Shown here: positions 61,901-64,000 of the stretch, in pieces
Position numbering within the stretch: position 1 is the first letter of the stretch
How the letters are laid out: each line of letters opens with the position of its first letter
Assembly (NCBI GenBank): GCA_965285935.1
Contig: OZ260662.1
Span: 70,742,001 to 70,806,000 of the forward strand
Direction of reading: 5' to 3'
DNA from: Ophelia neglecta
Lineage: Eukaryota
Length of the DNA: 64,000 nucleotides
Notes under the pieces: generated by a model
The model's input: the letters and a program-made list of their open reading frames with translations, nothing else
Database searches by the model: none
Told to the model about the DNA's origin: nothing
Program-made: the position numbers and the translations under genes

Positions 61901-64000
61901 CATTAAAGAAAGAGAATTTAAAGCTTTTTAGAAGCAGGAAGTGACTATGACACATCCTATGTTCACAAGGAGCTCTGAAAATGACAGCTCAGGATGTAAT
62001 CTTATTGAAGCTAGAACAAGTGTAAGTGGATGATGTCCCAAGAACTGCAAAATTATAAATTCATTATTTTCTCTCTGATATAACAAGATTTCTGTGCAGG
62101 TTTCGTCAGGTATTTTTTCAGCTACTTAGTCTAGTCATTTATAATTTTCTGAATTTATTTGTGGACATTTTGAAATTGGCATATTTTGATTGAACTGCAT
62201 GAAACAAAATGATGGTTGAATACTTTAAAACATGTAGGGAGAGTGGAAAACAATATGTGACAGGACAATACCGTCAGATTTTGAGGTAGCCTTGATCCGA
62301 GTATGGTTGGAGATGGACCGGGATACCTTCTGACCTTGTGTGCTCTCGACCACAGCTGGACTTGACATCTGTGTACCTCATTCTAGCCAAATGGTTCTTT
62401 CATGTCCTATTTGATGGTGTTTCCTGGGCATCCTGATAAAAAAGATGCCATCATAAATTAAGAAAGGGTTAATGTTGAATGGCAGTAATTTGCCAATCCC
62501 CAAAACTCCTGGGAGGCTGGTTAATGCCTGGTATGAAGAGGATCTTACATGACCAAGGGGATTTATTGCCAAGCAATGACATGCTCCCTGTCCCTTCCAG
62601 ATTAGTACATATCATTATTACCCGCCTGCTTCACTGTCCATAAAAGCTAGAGGCGACAGTGGCTTCCAATGCATACATGGCAGCAGCCATTCCCAGGGGA
62701 GAAATGACAGACAGTGGGCTGTACAAGTAGGGATCCATGCATGGCTCCACGGGTTCTTGCCATTCTTTGTAGTTTAAGGTCTGAACCTGTGCTGCACCTA
62801 TAGTTTAGTATTACCTATTGTGCTGGATGGGAAACTCAGTCTGACAGGTTTGCCTGTTAAGCTAGGCATCTTTGAATGAATTACATGTATATTGCAAGTA
62901 ATTAGCTTATGGTTCACCTCGCTACGTGCAAGTTGGTCATGCAGTAGCCCTATGTTGTTTTATCAAACTAATTTGTGAGAAATTTTCCATCGAAATCTTG
63001 AGGTCTGGTGTAGCCATGAATGGTCTGATGTTTCATACAAGTCATGCAAATGTTGTAGCAGAAAAATTTCCAGCATGCCTTCGGAAAATGACTTCAATCA
63101 GAGATTAATGATATTATTGACATTCCCCTATCTGTTCTGATGGGCTGGATTTCCAATATGCCAAATCAATGGACAGTTTTCACATTAGATAGAAGGTTCC
63201 CACTGCGAATGTAGCATCATGATTGCTTTGGTAAATTTGTATTTCCATTAGCGGTGTTGTAGATGACGAGGAGTACATTAGGTGCATGTACAGTTGTTTG
63301 ATGTCTACATAGTTAATAATTATTGTGTCCTATGTTTACATCAAGGAGACGATAAATATGGTGGTACCTTGGTTTAATCTCCACTCCTCAACCTCAACAT
63401 TGTCTGAAGGGTTGCCTGATTATCATTATCAGTATATAGACTGAACCACAACAGACTTGTTAGTACATATTCTTGTAATTAAACATTGTGTTAGTGTATT
63501 TTTTGAATTCTTTCAGCACTGTCACAGTGGTGATAAAAAGCATTGTAATATAAACACAAAGTAGCCATCTTCAAACTAGGGTCATTAATGAACTAAGTTT
63601 GTACAAATATGTGCCTTTGCTTTGAATGATCTAAAAATCAGTAGGTAATCCCCTACTCAGGCGAGCATCTGAAATCAAGAAATAATATATACTAATATAA
63701 AATGATAATAATATATAATAATAATAATTAGGATGAAAATAATTATATCCAAGGTCAATATAATATTTATTTTGCTGGACATGTGTGCAGGCATAGATAT
63801 AGAGAATACATAGATTCGCAGCAAGTAGTATTTCTGGCTGGCCTTTGCCCTGCGAGATTTGAACAGGGTTTTGCCAGATTCGGCTGCGAGATTTAGGGGC
63901 CATTGTTTGAATCATAACATAGCGTCTGTTCCAGCCAATAATTCATCACTTTCATCAACATTTCCGATGGATTTGACGGATGATCGCAGTTGAAAGTTAT

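Noticed and set aside
63510-63535. ttctttcag acceptor as the next IA-2 exon
   Set aside because: In the required phase 1 it reads S-L-S-Q-W-stop.

Overview
AT-rich, CpG-depleted animal DNA. The repeat types suggest an invertebrate, probably a lophotrochozoan (inference). Almost the whole window is the 5' half of one + strand gene, the IA-2/phogrin (PTPRN/PTPRN2) receptor-type tyrosine phosphatase-like orthologue. I reconstructed ten coding exons by hand (ATG 1319 to 58963; 1606 nt, about 535 codons). All have GT-AG boundaries and compatible phases. They encode a signal peptide, the Cys-rich RESP18-homology domain, an acidic pro-region with dibasic sites, and most of the SEA-like ectodomain. 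I did not find the transmembrane or PTP exons, which probably lie beyond the window. The promoter is CpG-rich, with a perfect CRE and two tiny uORFs. The introns contain a triplicated ~2 kb block with a 23/46-bp satellite and a MITE in empty, truncated and full states. They also contain a 3-kb pogo-like TIR element with a nested Helentron-type element, a tRNA-SINE, two LINE relics, minisatellites and a 211-nt assembly gap. The most unusual object is a ~690-bp TIR element in intron 9 that encodes only a THAP zinc-finger protein. It also carries a divergent pair of CTCF-like motifs, a palindromic ZNF143/ACTACA-like site and a YY1 motif. Most ORF-track entries are spurious. No database searches were run.
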